From a virus, in the UHGV virus genome UHGV-0207305: 32,730 nucleotides of DNA, one strand, 5' to 3'. Positions 8,069 through 16,569 of this stretch are shown piece after piece. The notes under the pieces are model-generated. The model did not search any database. It saw only the letters and a program-made list of their open reading frames with translations, and was not told the DNA's origin. Position 1 is the stretch's first letter; each line of letters starts with the position of its first letter. Made by a program: the position numbers and the translations under genes.

Positions 8069-8716
8069 ATGTCTGGAATCAAATTTAGAAACAAACATAG
8101 CGCAGATGATTTTGGCATGTTTATGACGGATTTCTCCGTTTCTCCGCCGGAACCCCAAACCGCTTATGTGGATGTGCCTTTCCGGGATGGACCGCTGGAT
8201 TTTTCCACGGCTCTGACCGGTGGGATAGTAAAATATAAAAATCGAACTGTTACCGCCGAATTCAAAACACAAGATCGAACATCTGATAGCTGGAAAAGCC
8301 GGTATCATACTTTTGTCAACTATGTGCAAGGGCAAAAGCTACAGCTGATTTTTAACTATGACCCGGAGTATTACTATCTGGGACGTATCAGCTGCGATGT
8401 CTCAAAAGATGACCAGGTGATCGGAACAATCAGCATTTCTGCAGACTGCGACCCCTACAAATACAAACTCTCGCCCACCGTGAAGGAATTCGATGTGAGC
8501 GGGAGCCTGTCTGTCACTTTGCCCAACGACCGGATGCCCACGGTGCCCGTGGTGACGACTGATGCGGAAATTACCATACAGTTTGGTGAAAGTACCATCG
8601 TATTCCCTGCCGGTACCCGCAAGGCCCCGGCCTTGCTGCTGTTGGAGGGTGAAAACCAGCTGACCCTTACCGGCAGCGGACACATCAAATTTGAGTATCA
8701 GGAGGGGGCACTGTAA
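8069..8716 (+). CDS. Distal tail protein (Dit)
   Basis: Follows the tape measure gene; VPFRDG, YYLGR and CDPYKY motifs. Confidence 0.85.
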   Translation: MSGIKFRNKHSADDFGMFMTDFSVSPPEPQTAYVDVPFRDGPLDFSTALTGGIVKYKNRTVTAEFKTQDRTSDSWKSRYHTFVNYVQGQKLQLIFNYDPEYYYLGRISCDVSKDDQVIGTISISADCDPYKYKLSPTVKEFDVSGSLSVTLPNDRMPTVPVVTTDAEITIQFGESTIVFPAGTRKAPALLLLEGENQLTLTGSGHIKFEYQEGAL

Positions 8717-10341
8717 TGCATCAGGTATATTGTGATGGCCAGCTGCTCCATGATCCCAGATTGCAGGAATATCAGCTGCTGTCCCCTTCCCTCTCCCTGG
8801 AACTCAACAAAACCGGGACTTTTACCTTTACCATGTACCCGGATCACCCGGGATACGGCGTGATTTCCAAGTTAAAATCCATCATTACCATAGAAAAAAA
8901 CGGGGCTGTCCTCTTCCGGGGACGGCCCCTATCCAGTAAAGAGGGCTTTTACAAGCAGCTGGACTACACCTGTGAAGGTGAGCTGGCTTTTCTGCTGGAC
9001 AGCCGCGTCCGGCCCTTTGAAATGGCGGGTGAGGTAATGGAGCTTTTCACCTACCTTATCAATCAGCACAACGAGCAGGTGGACGAAACCAAGCGGTTCC
9101 AGGTGGGAACGGTGACGGTCACCGATCCCAATGACTACGTCAACCGGAGCAACATCACCTATGAGACCACCTGGGACATTCTCAACACCCGGCTTCTGAA
9201 CACGCTGGGCGGCTATCTGTGGGTGCGGCATGAAGCGGACGGGGTATATCTGGACTATTTGGCAGATTTCCCGTACATGAGCACCCAGCGGATTACCTTC
9301 GGGGAAAACCTGCTGGACTATGCCCGCACCCGGGACGGAAGTGAAATTGCCACCGCCCTGATTCCTCTGGGCGCCCGGCTGACCGATGCCGACGGCAAAC
9401 AGACTGAGGAGCGGCTCACCATTTCCGATGTAAACGACGGAAAGGATTATGTTTATGACCAGGCGGCCGTGGAGCAATACGGCTGGATTTTTACCACGCA
9501 AAACTGGGACGATGTAACCCAGGCAGGCAACCTGAAACAGAAGGGACTGGACGCTCTACGGGAAAAAATCAAAACCGTGGACACCATCGAAATGACCGCT
9601 GCCGACCTTTCCCAGATGGACAAGAGCTTTGACGATTTCCGGATTGGCCAGTATGTATTTGTGGATTCTTTGCCCCATGGCATGGACGGGGAAAAATTCC
9701 TGGTCACCAAAATGACCCTGAATCTCTCTGACCCCAGCCAGAACAAGCTGATCTTCGGCCGGGTGAAATCCAGCTTTACAGAAGAAACCAACCGGGATCA
9801 TCAGACTGTGGGGGATTTAATCAGCCGCACGGAAGCCATCGAGAGCGACTACGTGACCAACGACACCATCACCAGTATCACGAAGGACGTGTATTCCCGC
9901 ATCGACCAGAGCGCGGAAGAAATCCTCTCCGAGGTGGGCAGCACCTACGTCACCAGCGACGATTTCCGGGAAGAGCTGAGTACCAGCCTGACCCAGACCG
10001 CCGAGGGCTGGGAGATGACTTTCAACCAGTTCCGGCAGTGGGTGGAAACCGAAAACGGCGAGACTCAGACCGCTTTTGAAGAGCTTCGGAAGTACATCCG
10101 ATTTCTCGATGGCAACATCATTTTGGGAGATAGAAACAACGATTTACAGTGCATCATCACAAACACCAAAATTTCCTTTGAGCAGAACGGCACCGAGGTG
10201 GCCTATATCAGCAATAACAAGCTGTATATTACAAGCGCCGAGGTGCTGGATCGCTTTACCGTGGGTAATACCGGCAGCGGATACTTCGACTGGATTCCCC
10301 GAGCCAACGGCAATCTGGGCATGAAATGGAGGGCTGGATAA
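8716..10341 (+). CDS. Tail-associated baseplate hub / spike protein (Tal, prophage endopeptidase-like)
   Basis: ITFGENLLD, TALIPLG and SDVNDGKDY motifs; follows Dit with TAATG coupling. Confidence 0.85.
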   Translation: MHQVYCDGQLLHDPRLQEYQLLSPSLSLELNKTGTFTFTMYPDHPGYGVISKLKSIITIEKNGAVLFRGRPLSSKEGFYKQLDYTCEGELAFLLDSRVRPFEMAGEVMELFTYLINQHNEQVDETKRFQVGTVTVTDPNDYVNRSNITYETTWDILNTRLLNTLGGYLWVRHEADGVYLDYLADFPYMSTQRITFGENLLDYARTRDGSEIATALIPLGARLTDADGKQTEERLTISDVNDGKDYVYDQAAVEQYGWIFTTQNWDDVTQAGNLKQKGLDALREKIKTVDTIEMTAADLSQMDKSFDDFRIGQYVFVDSLPHGMDGEKFLVTKMTLNLSDPSQNKLIFGRVKSSFTEETNRDHQTVGDLISRTEAIESDYVTNDTITSITKDVYSRIDQSAEEILSEVGSTYVTSDDFREELSTSLTQTAEGWEMTFNQFRQWVETENGETQTAFEELRKYIRFLDGNIILGDRNNDLQCIITNTKISFEQNGTEVAYISNNKLYITSAEVLDRFTVGNTGSGYFDWIPRANGNLGMKWRAG

Positions 10342-12410
10342 TGGCCGAACTTGTCAAAAATTACAGCAACGGCTCTTCGATTAAAGTGGTATATTCCTAC
10401 ACCCAGAACGTGAGCAAGAACCAGAGCACCATTACCATGACCCTGTATGTCCACCGTGACAGCTATGGGCCGTCCTGGAACACCAAATGTGACGCCTATA
10501 TCCAGCTGGACGGCTCCAAGGTCATGACCTATGACGGCAGCTTCAACATCGGCACCAGCTGGGTGAAGATTGGCTCCACCGTGAGTAAAACCGTCACCCA
10601 TAACGCCGACGGCACCAAAACCATCAGTTTGAAGGGATTTTTCGATTCGCTGGGGCTGACATCCAAACTGGACGACTTGACGGTTTCCGGAAATGTGACC
10701 CTGAAAACCATCCCCCGTGCCAGCAGCTTCACCTTGTCCACCAGTACGGTAACGGCAGGCAGCACCAGCATGACGGTGAACATCACCCGGGCTTCCAGCA
10801 GCTTTACCCACACGGTGCGGTGGAAGCTGGGCAGCCATACCAAGAGCACCACCGGCGTGGGGTCTTCGGCTTCCTACACCATCCCGGAAAGCTGGCTGGA
10901 CGCCATCCCCAACAGTACCAGCGGCACCGGTACGGTGACAGTCACCACCTACAACGGCAGCACGAAAATCGGCAGCACCAGCAAGAGCTTCACCGTCAAG
11001 GCCGCGTCAGACGTTGTGCCCAGCTTTACCGGCATTACCTTCACCCGGGTGGACGGAGATGTTCCCGCCGATTGGGGAATTTACGTCCGGACAAAGAGCA
11101 AGGTTACTGCCAAAATCACCGGCGCGGCGGGTGTGTATGGCAGTACTATCAAGAGCTATTCCATTTCCGGCAGCGGGTATTCGGGAACGGCGGCCAGCCT
11201 GACCACCGGTTTTCTCAACACCGCCGGAACCGTCACCTTCACCGCGAAAATCACCGACAGCCGGGGTCGGACGGCCACCAAAACCGCCAGTGTTACCGTC
11301 ACGGACTACACGCCGCCGGTACTGTCCAGTGTGGCCGGATTCCGGTGTGACAGTGCCGGAACAGAACAGGACGACGGCAACTATATTTCCCTGACAGCCA
11401 ATTTTTCCGGTTCCGTTCTGGGCGGGAAAAACCCGGTAACAGGCGAATACCGGTACAAAGCCGAGGGCGGGGACTGGTCGGGCTTTTCGCCGCTGGTTTC
11501 CGGAGAACCGGCCGTCTTTGCCGCCACCGGTGACGCCACCTTTACGGTGCAGGTGCAGGTGAGCGACACCTTTTCCAGCTTCACACAGGACATCGTGGTG
11601 AACTCTATCCGGTTTATCATGGACTTTAAGGCCGGGGGAACAGGAATTGCCTTCGGTAAGGCGGCGGAGTATGACGACACGCTGGACTGTAACTGGGATG
11701 GCCATTTCCGGAAGAACGTCCGGATAGACGGCAGCGCCCAGACCGGCGGGGCATTGGGAGCCGGCACGGCGGCCGGAGAAACGGGGCTGCGGGTAAACCG
11801 GAAAATTGAGTTCATGGCTCCTACTGACACCGATACCCCCAGCGCATCCATGACCCACGACAATGACCGCGGCCTGTATTTCACCGTGCAGAATGGCGTC
11901 GGACAGCAGGCGGTGCTTCACTGGTTCGGCGAGGACAGCGCCGATGGCCGGCATATTCTCCGATGTACGGAAAACGGCCTTGCCTATCTGGGAACCACCA
12001 CGGCCCGGTGGAACACGGGCTTTTTCACCAACACCATCACCCAGAGCGACTTGAAGGACAAGGAAAACATCCGGGAGATTTCCGGGGCAAAAGGGTTTAT
12101 CATGGCGTTGCAGCCCATCGCCTATACTCTGAAAGACGGAGACGGCGGCCGGGTTCACATGGGCTTCGGCGCACAGCAGGTGGCCCAGGCCGCAGCGGAA
12201 CACGGCATGGGGGATTTGTCCCTGTATCAGGCGGTGGTGGTGGAGCCGGACGGCAGTGAGCGCTATTTCCGCGAAGGCGTGCAGGATGAAAACCTGTGCT
12301 GGGGGCTGAATTATCACGAATTCCTCGCGCCTCTCATAGCATTGGTACAGGAGCAGGAAACCAGAATCCAACAGCTGGAAGAGCAGCTGGACAAGATACA
12401 GAAAGGATGA
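10341..12410 (+). CDS. Tail fibre / receptor-binding protein (DUF859-like) with a C-terminal S74-type intramolecular chaperone
   Basis: HNADGTK, TIPRAS and TDSRGR motifs; C-terminal SDLKDK..GFGAQQV..LNYHEF followed by a coiled coil. Confidence 0.82.
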   Translation: MAELVKNYSNGSSIKVVYSYTQNVSKNQSTITMTLYVHRDSYGPSWNTKCDAYIQLDGSKVMTYDGSFNIGTSWVKIGSTVSKTVTHNADGTKTISLKGFFDSLGLTSKLDDLTVSGNVTLKTIPRASSFTLSTSTVTAGSTSMTVNITRASSSFTHTVRWKLGSHTKSTTGVGSSASYTIPESWLDAIPNSTSGTGTVTVTTYNGSTKIGSTSKSFTVKAASDVVPSFTGITFTRVDGDVPADWGIYVRTKSKVTAKITGAAGVYGSTIKSYSISGSGYSGTAASLTTGFLNTAGTVTFTAKITDSRGRTATKTASVTVTDYTPPVLSSVAGFRCDSAGTEQDDGNYISLTANFSGSVLGGKNPVTGEYRYKAEGGDWSGFSPLVSGEPAVFAATGDATFTVQVQVSDTFSSFTQDIVVNSIRFIMDFKAGGTGIAFGKAAEYDDTLDCNWDGHFRKNVRIDGSAQTGGALGAGTAAGETGLRVNRKIEFMAPTDTDTPSASMTHDNDRGLYFTVQNGVGQQAVLHWFGEDSADGRHILRCTENGLAYLGTTTARWNTGFFTNTITQSDLKDKENIREISGAKGFIMALQPIAYTLKDGDGGRVHMGFGAQQVAQAAAEHGMGDLSLYQAVVVEPDGSERYFREGVQDENLCWGLNYHEFLAPLIALVQEQETRIQQLEEQLDKIQKG

Positions 12411-12415
12411 ACAAA

Positions 12416-13429
12416 ATGGCAGAAATCAAAGGAATTGACGTAAGCACATGGAACGAGATCGATAACTGGGCATCCGTGAAAAAGGCTGGAAATCAGTTCG
12501 CCGTTGTCCGCGCTGGATTTGGCAATACCACTACCCAGCAGGATAAAAAATTCGTGGAGCACATGAACGGAGCGCTGGGTGCCGGACTGGCTGTGGGCGC
12601 ATACTGGTTCAGTTACGCCCGGAGCGTGGATGAAGCGAAGAAGGAAGCCGAGGCTTGCCTGGAGGTGATCAAGGCATACAAAAACCGCATCACACTGCCG
12701 GTGTTCTTCGATTTCGAGTACGACTCCGAGGAGTATGCGGAAAAAGCAGGTGTCACTGTTGACCGCCGGTTTGTTACCGACGTGACCCGGGCTTTCTGCG
12801 AAACCATTCGGAGTGCTGGATACATTGCCGGGTACTACACCAATCAGGACTACTACAAAAACAAGCTGTACCCTGAAGAGCTGGCAGACTATGATCTGTG
12901 GCTCGCGGATTACACCGGCGGCCCGGAGTATACATGTGCGATTCAGCAGTTCACCAGCACCGGCAAGGTGAACGGGATCAGCGGCAACGTGGACATGAAT
13001 GTGGCCTTTAAAGAGTACGGCTCCAAGCCGACGTCCAGCAGCAAAAAGTACGGCACCTGCACCGGCGACGGCGTGCGCATCCGGGCCGAGGCCCACACGG
13101 CGGCTAAGGTCCTGGGCAGCGCCAACAAAGGCGATAAACTGGAGCTGCTGGCAGACGACGGCTGGGGCTGGTCCAAAGTCAAGGCCAACGGCGTCACCGG
13201 CTGGATGTACAACGGCTATATCAACGGCCCTGGCCGCAGCAAGCCCAAGACGGTCTATTGCAGCGGCACCTATGTCAATCTCCGCAAGAGCCCCAGCACC
13301 AGTGCCAAGGTTGTTCGACAGCTGAATCCGGGCGACAAGGTCACGCTGGTATCCATCAACCCGGATGGCTGGCTGGACGTTGACGGCGGCTATCTCTACT
13401 ACGACAAGAGCTATCTCTCTATCCGGTGA
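12416..13429 (+). CDS. Endolysin: GH25 muramidase with two SH3b-like domains
   Basis: GIDVS, GAYWFSYA, FFDFE and GNVDMN motifs; C-terminal VRIRAEA and VNLRKSPS repeats. Confidence 0.92.
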   Translation: MAEIKGIDVSTWNEIDNWASVKKAGNQFAVVRAGFGNTTTQQDKKFVEHMNGALGAGLAVGAYWFSYARSVDEAKKEAEACLEVIKAYKNRITLPVFFDFEYDSEEYAEKAGVTVDRRFVTDVTRAFCETIRSAGYIAGYYTNQDYYKNKLYPEELADYDLWLADYTGGPEYTCAIQQFTSTGKVNGISGNVDMNVAFKEYGSKPTSSSKKYGTCTGDGVRIRAEAHTAAKVLGSANKGDKLELLADDGWGWSKVKANGVTGWMYNGYINGPGRSKPKTVYCSGTYVNLRKSPSTSAKVVRQLNPGDKVTLVSINPDGWLDVDGGYLYYDKSYLSIR

Positions 13430-13439
13430 GGTGCCGCCT

Positions 13440-13673
13440 ATGCCTGTAGAAATCATTGTTGCCGCCATGTCCCTATGTGGTACTGCCTTGGGGAGCCTGG
13501 CGGGAATCCTCACTTCCAGCCGTCTTACCACTTACCGGATTGCAAAGCTGGAAGAGAAAGTGAACAAACATAACAACCTGATTGAGCGTATGGTAAGGGT
13601 AGAGCAGTCTACCAAGTCTGCCCACCACCGCATCGATGAAATCCGAGAGGAGATGGATAATCATGAAAATTAA
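13440..13673 (+). CDS. Small holin-like membrane protein
   Basis: One N-terminal TM helix, YRIAKLEEKVNKHNNLIER, SAHHRID; GAGGTG RBS. Confidence 0.7.
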   Translation: MPVEIIVAAMSLCGTALGSLAGILTSSRLTTYRIAKLEEKVNKHNNLIERMVRVEQSTKSAHHRIDEIREEMDNHEN

Positions 13674-13920
13674 CTGGAAAGTTCGCCTGAAGAATAAGTC
13701 CTTCTGGCTGGCCCTGATTCCCGCTCTGCTGCTGCTCATCCAGCAGGTTTGCGCTATGTTTGGCCTGACGTTGGATTTGGTGCCCATCCAGGAGCAGCTG
13801 CTGGGCATCGTCGGCACGGTATTCACCCTGCTGGCCCTGTTCGGCATCGTCAACGACCCCACCACCGCCGGCGGCTCCGACAGCGACCAGGCCATGGGAT
13901 ACACCGAACCGAAAGAATAA
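13663..13920 (+). CDS. Holin, phi LC3 family
   Basis: MKINWKVRLKNKSFW...GIVNDPTT.G.SDS signature; two TM segments. Confidence 0.9.
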   Translation: MKINWKVRLKNKSFWLALIPALLLLIQQVCAMFGLTLDLVPIQEQLLGIVGTVFTLLALFGIVNDPTTAGGSDSDQAMGYTEPKE

Positions 13921-13935
13921 TACCCTAAATGCACA

Positions 13936-13984
13936 CCGCCCCCGCTCGGATTCTTTCTCCGGGAGGGGGCGGGTTTTCTTTTTG
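13936..13984 (+). terminator. Rho-independent terminator of the late operon
   Basis: CCGCCCCC...GGGGGCGG GC-rich stem followed by TTTTCTTTTT. Confidence 0.8.
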
Positions 13985-14030
13985 GAAAAATATGGTATGA
14001 TGTAGAAAAAGACACAAGGATGTGCTGAAT

Positions 14031-14195
14031 GTGGAATATAAAGAGAAATCACCCGTTCCTCTGGACAATGACGCCTTGACCCGGCTGATCTATCTCCACG
14101 ACGATGAGATTACCCAGCTGCTTGTCCGGATTCGTCAGCTGGAGGAGCGGGTTCGGGTACTGGAAGGAGAAAGAAGCCTCAAAAATGAGGTGTAA
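14031..14195 (+). CDS. Small 54-aa coiled-coil protein (not in the ORF track)
   Basis: GTG start after AAGGATGTG; MEYKEKSPVPLDNDALTRLIYLHDDEITQLLVRIRQLEERVRVLEGERSLKNEV; TGgTATGAT extended -10 at 13993-14001. Confidence 0.55.
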   Translation: MEYKEKSPVPLDNDALTRLIYLHDDEITQLLVRIRQLEERVRVLEGERSLKNEV

Positions 14196-14241
14196 TAGAG
14201 GTGTAATAGAAATCCTTTTTGCAAAATCTAAGGAATTGTAC

Positions 14242-14291
14242 AAAAAGAAAAACCGCATTGTTTTAGCACGAAAACGGCTTAACAATGCGGT
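14242..14291 (-). terminator. Terminator downstream of the tRNA-Ser fragment
   Basis: ACCGCATTGTT (14252-14262) pairs with AACAATGCGGT (14281-14291), followed by a T-tract on the minus strand. Confidence 0.65.
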
Positions 14292-14292
14292 C

Positions 14293-14354
14293 TGGCGGAG
14301 AAAGAGGGATTTGAACCCTCGCGCCGGTTACCCGACCTACTCCCTTAGCAGGGG
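14293..14354 (-). tRNA. 3' part of tRNA-Ser(GCT), partial; att core
   Basis: Minus strand reads CCCCTGCTAAGGGAGTAGGTCGGGTAACCGGCGCGAGGGTTCAAATCCCTCTTTCTCCGCCA: anticodon loop, long variable arm, T arm and CCA; the 5' half is absent. Confidence 0.85.
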
Positions 14355-14415
14355 TCACAAAAATACAGGAAACATCCAGTTTTTTGCGAAAAAAGGTGTA
14401 ATAGAGGTGTAGTGA

Positions 14416-15510
14416 TTATATTTTTTGAGCAGCTTCTATCAATTCTTTGGTGGGTGTATGTATGTAATTTTTATAGGCCACACTGATATCTGCATGGCCT
14501 CCGGCGGCAGCGATCAGTGCCGGAGGAATTCCCGCAGCCGATGCACGGGTAAACCAGGTGTGACGGCAGCAATGAGGATTCAAACGCCGGATGCCCAATC
14601 GGTCTATCGTCTCCCAATAAAACTTATACCAGTTATCCTCGTTCATTTCCAGTAGTTTGCTCTTTTTCCCCTCCATGAGTTTTTCCAGTATCGGTACCAG
14701 TTTTTGCCCAAAAGGAATGATTCGGTCTTTTCCTGCTTCAGATTTAATTCCGCCTTGCATATACAACTCGTCCAAATGGATATCCTCCAGCCGAATTTTA
14801 GCCAACTCTCCATAGCGCATGCCTGTATACAATAGCGTTAGAATGTAGCCTGTAAACAGATTCCCCTGTTGATAGTCCTGCCAGAATATCTGTACTTCAG
14901 TTTCTGTGAAGCTGTCCTTTTTGGCCTTTTTCTGTGGCGGAAGGTCAAGATTTTCTGTTTTGTTATAAGTTACATATTCTCTCTTTTTTGCCAGTTCATA
15001 CAAGTGAGAAAGCATGACTTTCATATCTCTTGCCGGATAGTAGGTCTGCACCTGACTATCAATGGTATCCTGCATTTGCTGGACAGATAAGTCTGCGATA
15101 GACACTTTTTCGAGTCCTTTCAGGCGCTTCCAGGCAAAGCCCAGTTTGTCCTGCTGAGATTTGGAAAGCTGCTGGTATGCCGGAGTTTGTAAAAAAAGCT
15201 CATGCAGTTCTCCTACTGAAATTCTTTCATTTGCTGGCCGGTTCTGGCGTAAAGAGGGGAGAGCAGCCACTGCATCCGACTTCTTTTCAAAAGTTTTGGT
15301 GGCCAGTCTGCGTCCCATTTTGCCGTTTTCTTTCCGAAAATAATCCAGTACGACAATAGCCTTGTATTTTCCGTTTGGCAGTTTCACCACAGTGCCAGTA
15401 CCGTTCCCGCGCTTTTTAGGCCGATGAGTGGGTACCTGCTGGATGATGCCACAAAAATTGCAGTACCGTGAACCTTCTGGGATTTCTTTCCTGCATTTTC
15501 TGCAAAACAT
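14416..15510 (-). CDS. int: Tyrosine recombinase (integrase) with an N-terminal zinc ribbon
   Basis: TGMRYGE (R), HCCRH (HxxR), GHAD and NYIH (Y) catalytic motifs; CxxC...CxxC at the N-terminus. Confidence 0.95.
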   Translation of the reverse strand: MFCRKCRKEIPEGSRYCNFCGIIQQVPTHRPKKRGNGTGTVVKLPNGKYKAIVVLDYFRKENGKMGRRLATKTFEKKSDAVAALPSLRQNRPANERISVGELHELFLQTPAYQQLSKSQQDKLGFAWKRLKGLEKVSIADLSVQQMQDTIDSQVQTYYPARDMKVMLSHLYELAKKREYVTYNKTENLDLPPQKKAKKDSFTETEVQIFWQDYQQGNLFTGYILTLLYTGMRYGELAKIRLEDIHLDELYMQGGIKSEAGKDRIIPFGQKLVPILEKLMEGKKSKLLEMNEDNWYKFYWETIDRLGIRRLNPHCCRHTWFTRASAAGIPPALIAAAGGHADISVAYKNYIHTPTKELIEAAQKI

Positions 15511-15532
15511 AAAAACACCTCCAAGGTATGAC

Positions 15533-15649
15533 TTGCCAAGCCTACCCCGGAAGTGGTATAATCACATTGTTCTGGATGGGTTATACCGCTTAAGGTAAGC
15601 TCGTTCTATTGCCGCTCGTTCCTGCGCCAACAGGAGCGGGCGGTTTTTT
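15533..15649 (+). ncRNA. Putative ~80-nt antisense RNA to the integrase leader, with promoter and terminator
   Basis: TTGCCA-18-TATAAT with an extended TG (15533-15562); terminator GCCGCTCGTTCCTG/CAGGAGCGGGCGG followed by TTTTTT. Confidence 0.55.
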
Positions 15650-15651
15650 AT

Positions 15652-16452
15652 TTAGGGTTTACAAACTCCACAAGGTACATATTCTTGAGACCGTGCATCT
15701 TCTTCAGAATCAAACCAGATTTCATTCTCCGGAAGAATCTTTTCCGCAAATCGACAAGATGGATAATGATATTTGTCGGAATCGATACTTCCTACATACC
15801 TTCCCTGAGAAGAAACCGGCGGTTTCGCTGTAGGTTTCGGTGTGGGCTTTTTCGTGGGTTTCGCAGTTGGCTTTGGAGTAGGTTTCACCGTCGGCTTGGG
15901 TGTAGGCTTCGCTGTCGGAGCGGACGTCGGTTTTGCAGTAGGCTTGGTCGTAGGAGTGGTATTTTCAACCGAGGAAGAAAGTGTGGATTCCGTGTCGGCT
16001 TCCGATTTCTGTATATTCAGTATCTCGCAGTCTTCCAGTTCAATATCGCCAAAGCCGTTATCCAGAATTCCTTCGACTTCAATGATGTCACCGCTTTCCA
16101 CTTCATCAAGCTGGGGATCATCGGAGTCTTCCAATTCACACACCACGCCTTTTGAGATTGCACCGCAATCCAGATGAATTTTGTCAAACACGGACACATA
16201 ATCACAGGTGCCAGTGACAACGATTTTCTGATCTTCGTACTCTTTAGCCGTATCTTTATCTGATTCGTAAAGCTCAGCCAATTCTTCAGCGGTGAAGCTC
16301 TTCTTTTCAGCGGAAGAAACCTCAGATGCAGACTGCGTGATGCTGTCAGAAATCACACTGGATTCACTGGAATCCGATAGACCTTCTGTTGAACAAGCAG
16401 TGCTTCCCATACAAAACACTGCCGCAAAAACCAGCATTAAAATTTTTTTCAT
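15652..16452 (-). CDS. Lipoprotein with an OB-fold-like domain, Pro/Thr/Lys linker and Ada-type metal-binding C-terminus
   Basis: Signal peptide ending STAC; PTAK/PTPK repeats; YVGSIDSDKYHYPSC...PCGVCKP. Confidence 0.8.
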   Translation of the reverse strand: MKKILMLVFAAVFCMGSTACSTEGLSDSSESSVISDSITQSASEVSSAEKKSFTAEELAELYESDKDTAKEYEDQKIVVTGTCDYVSVFDKIHLDCGAISKGVVCELEDSDDPQLDEVESGDIIEVEGILDNGFGDIELEDCEILNIQKSEADTESTLSSSVENTTPTTKPTAKPTSAPTAKPTPKPTVKPTPKPTAKPTKKPTPKPTAKPPVSSQGRYVGSIDSDKYHYPSCRFAEKILPENEIWFDSEEDARSQEYVPCGVCKP

Positions 16453-16569
16453 GTTCTATACCCCTTCAAAATATTTTATCAACACACCTTTCGGTGGGTC
16501 AACCGATCTCTATTTTCTCTGCCTGATCAGCAAGAACATCTTCCCGGTCTCGTTCAAATGGTGACAGAT

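Larger units (their letters stand above)
14187..14414. mobile_element. attP: tRNA-derived core flanked by arm-type repeats
   Basis: GAGGTGTAATA tandem pairs at 14187-14209 and 14393-14414 flank a tRNA-Ser fragment, next to the integrase 3' end. Confidence 0.85.

Noticed and set aside
10341..12410. Diversity-generating retroelement or invertible tail-fibre cassette
   Set aside because: I saw no reverse transcriptase, template/variable repeat pair or invertase in the window.
11007..13531. Long minus-strand ORFs (454 aa and 405 aa)
   Set aside because: Shadows of the tail fibre and endolysin genes, which have clear family motifs on the plus strand.
14293..14354. Functional phage tRNA-Ser gene
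   Set aside because: The 5' acceptor strand and D arm are missing; better explained as the att core.
14104..14412. 102-aa plus-strand ORF across attP
   Set aside because: It reads through the arm repeats and the antisense tRNA fragment (WRRKRDLNPR is a typical reverse-tRNA artefact).
15826..15960. CRISPR-like or non-coding tandem repeats
   Set aside because: These are 12-nt degenerate coding repeats for the PTxK linker, with no spacers and no cas genes.
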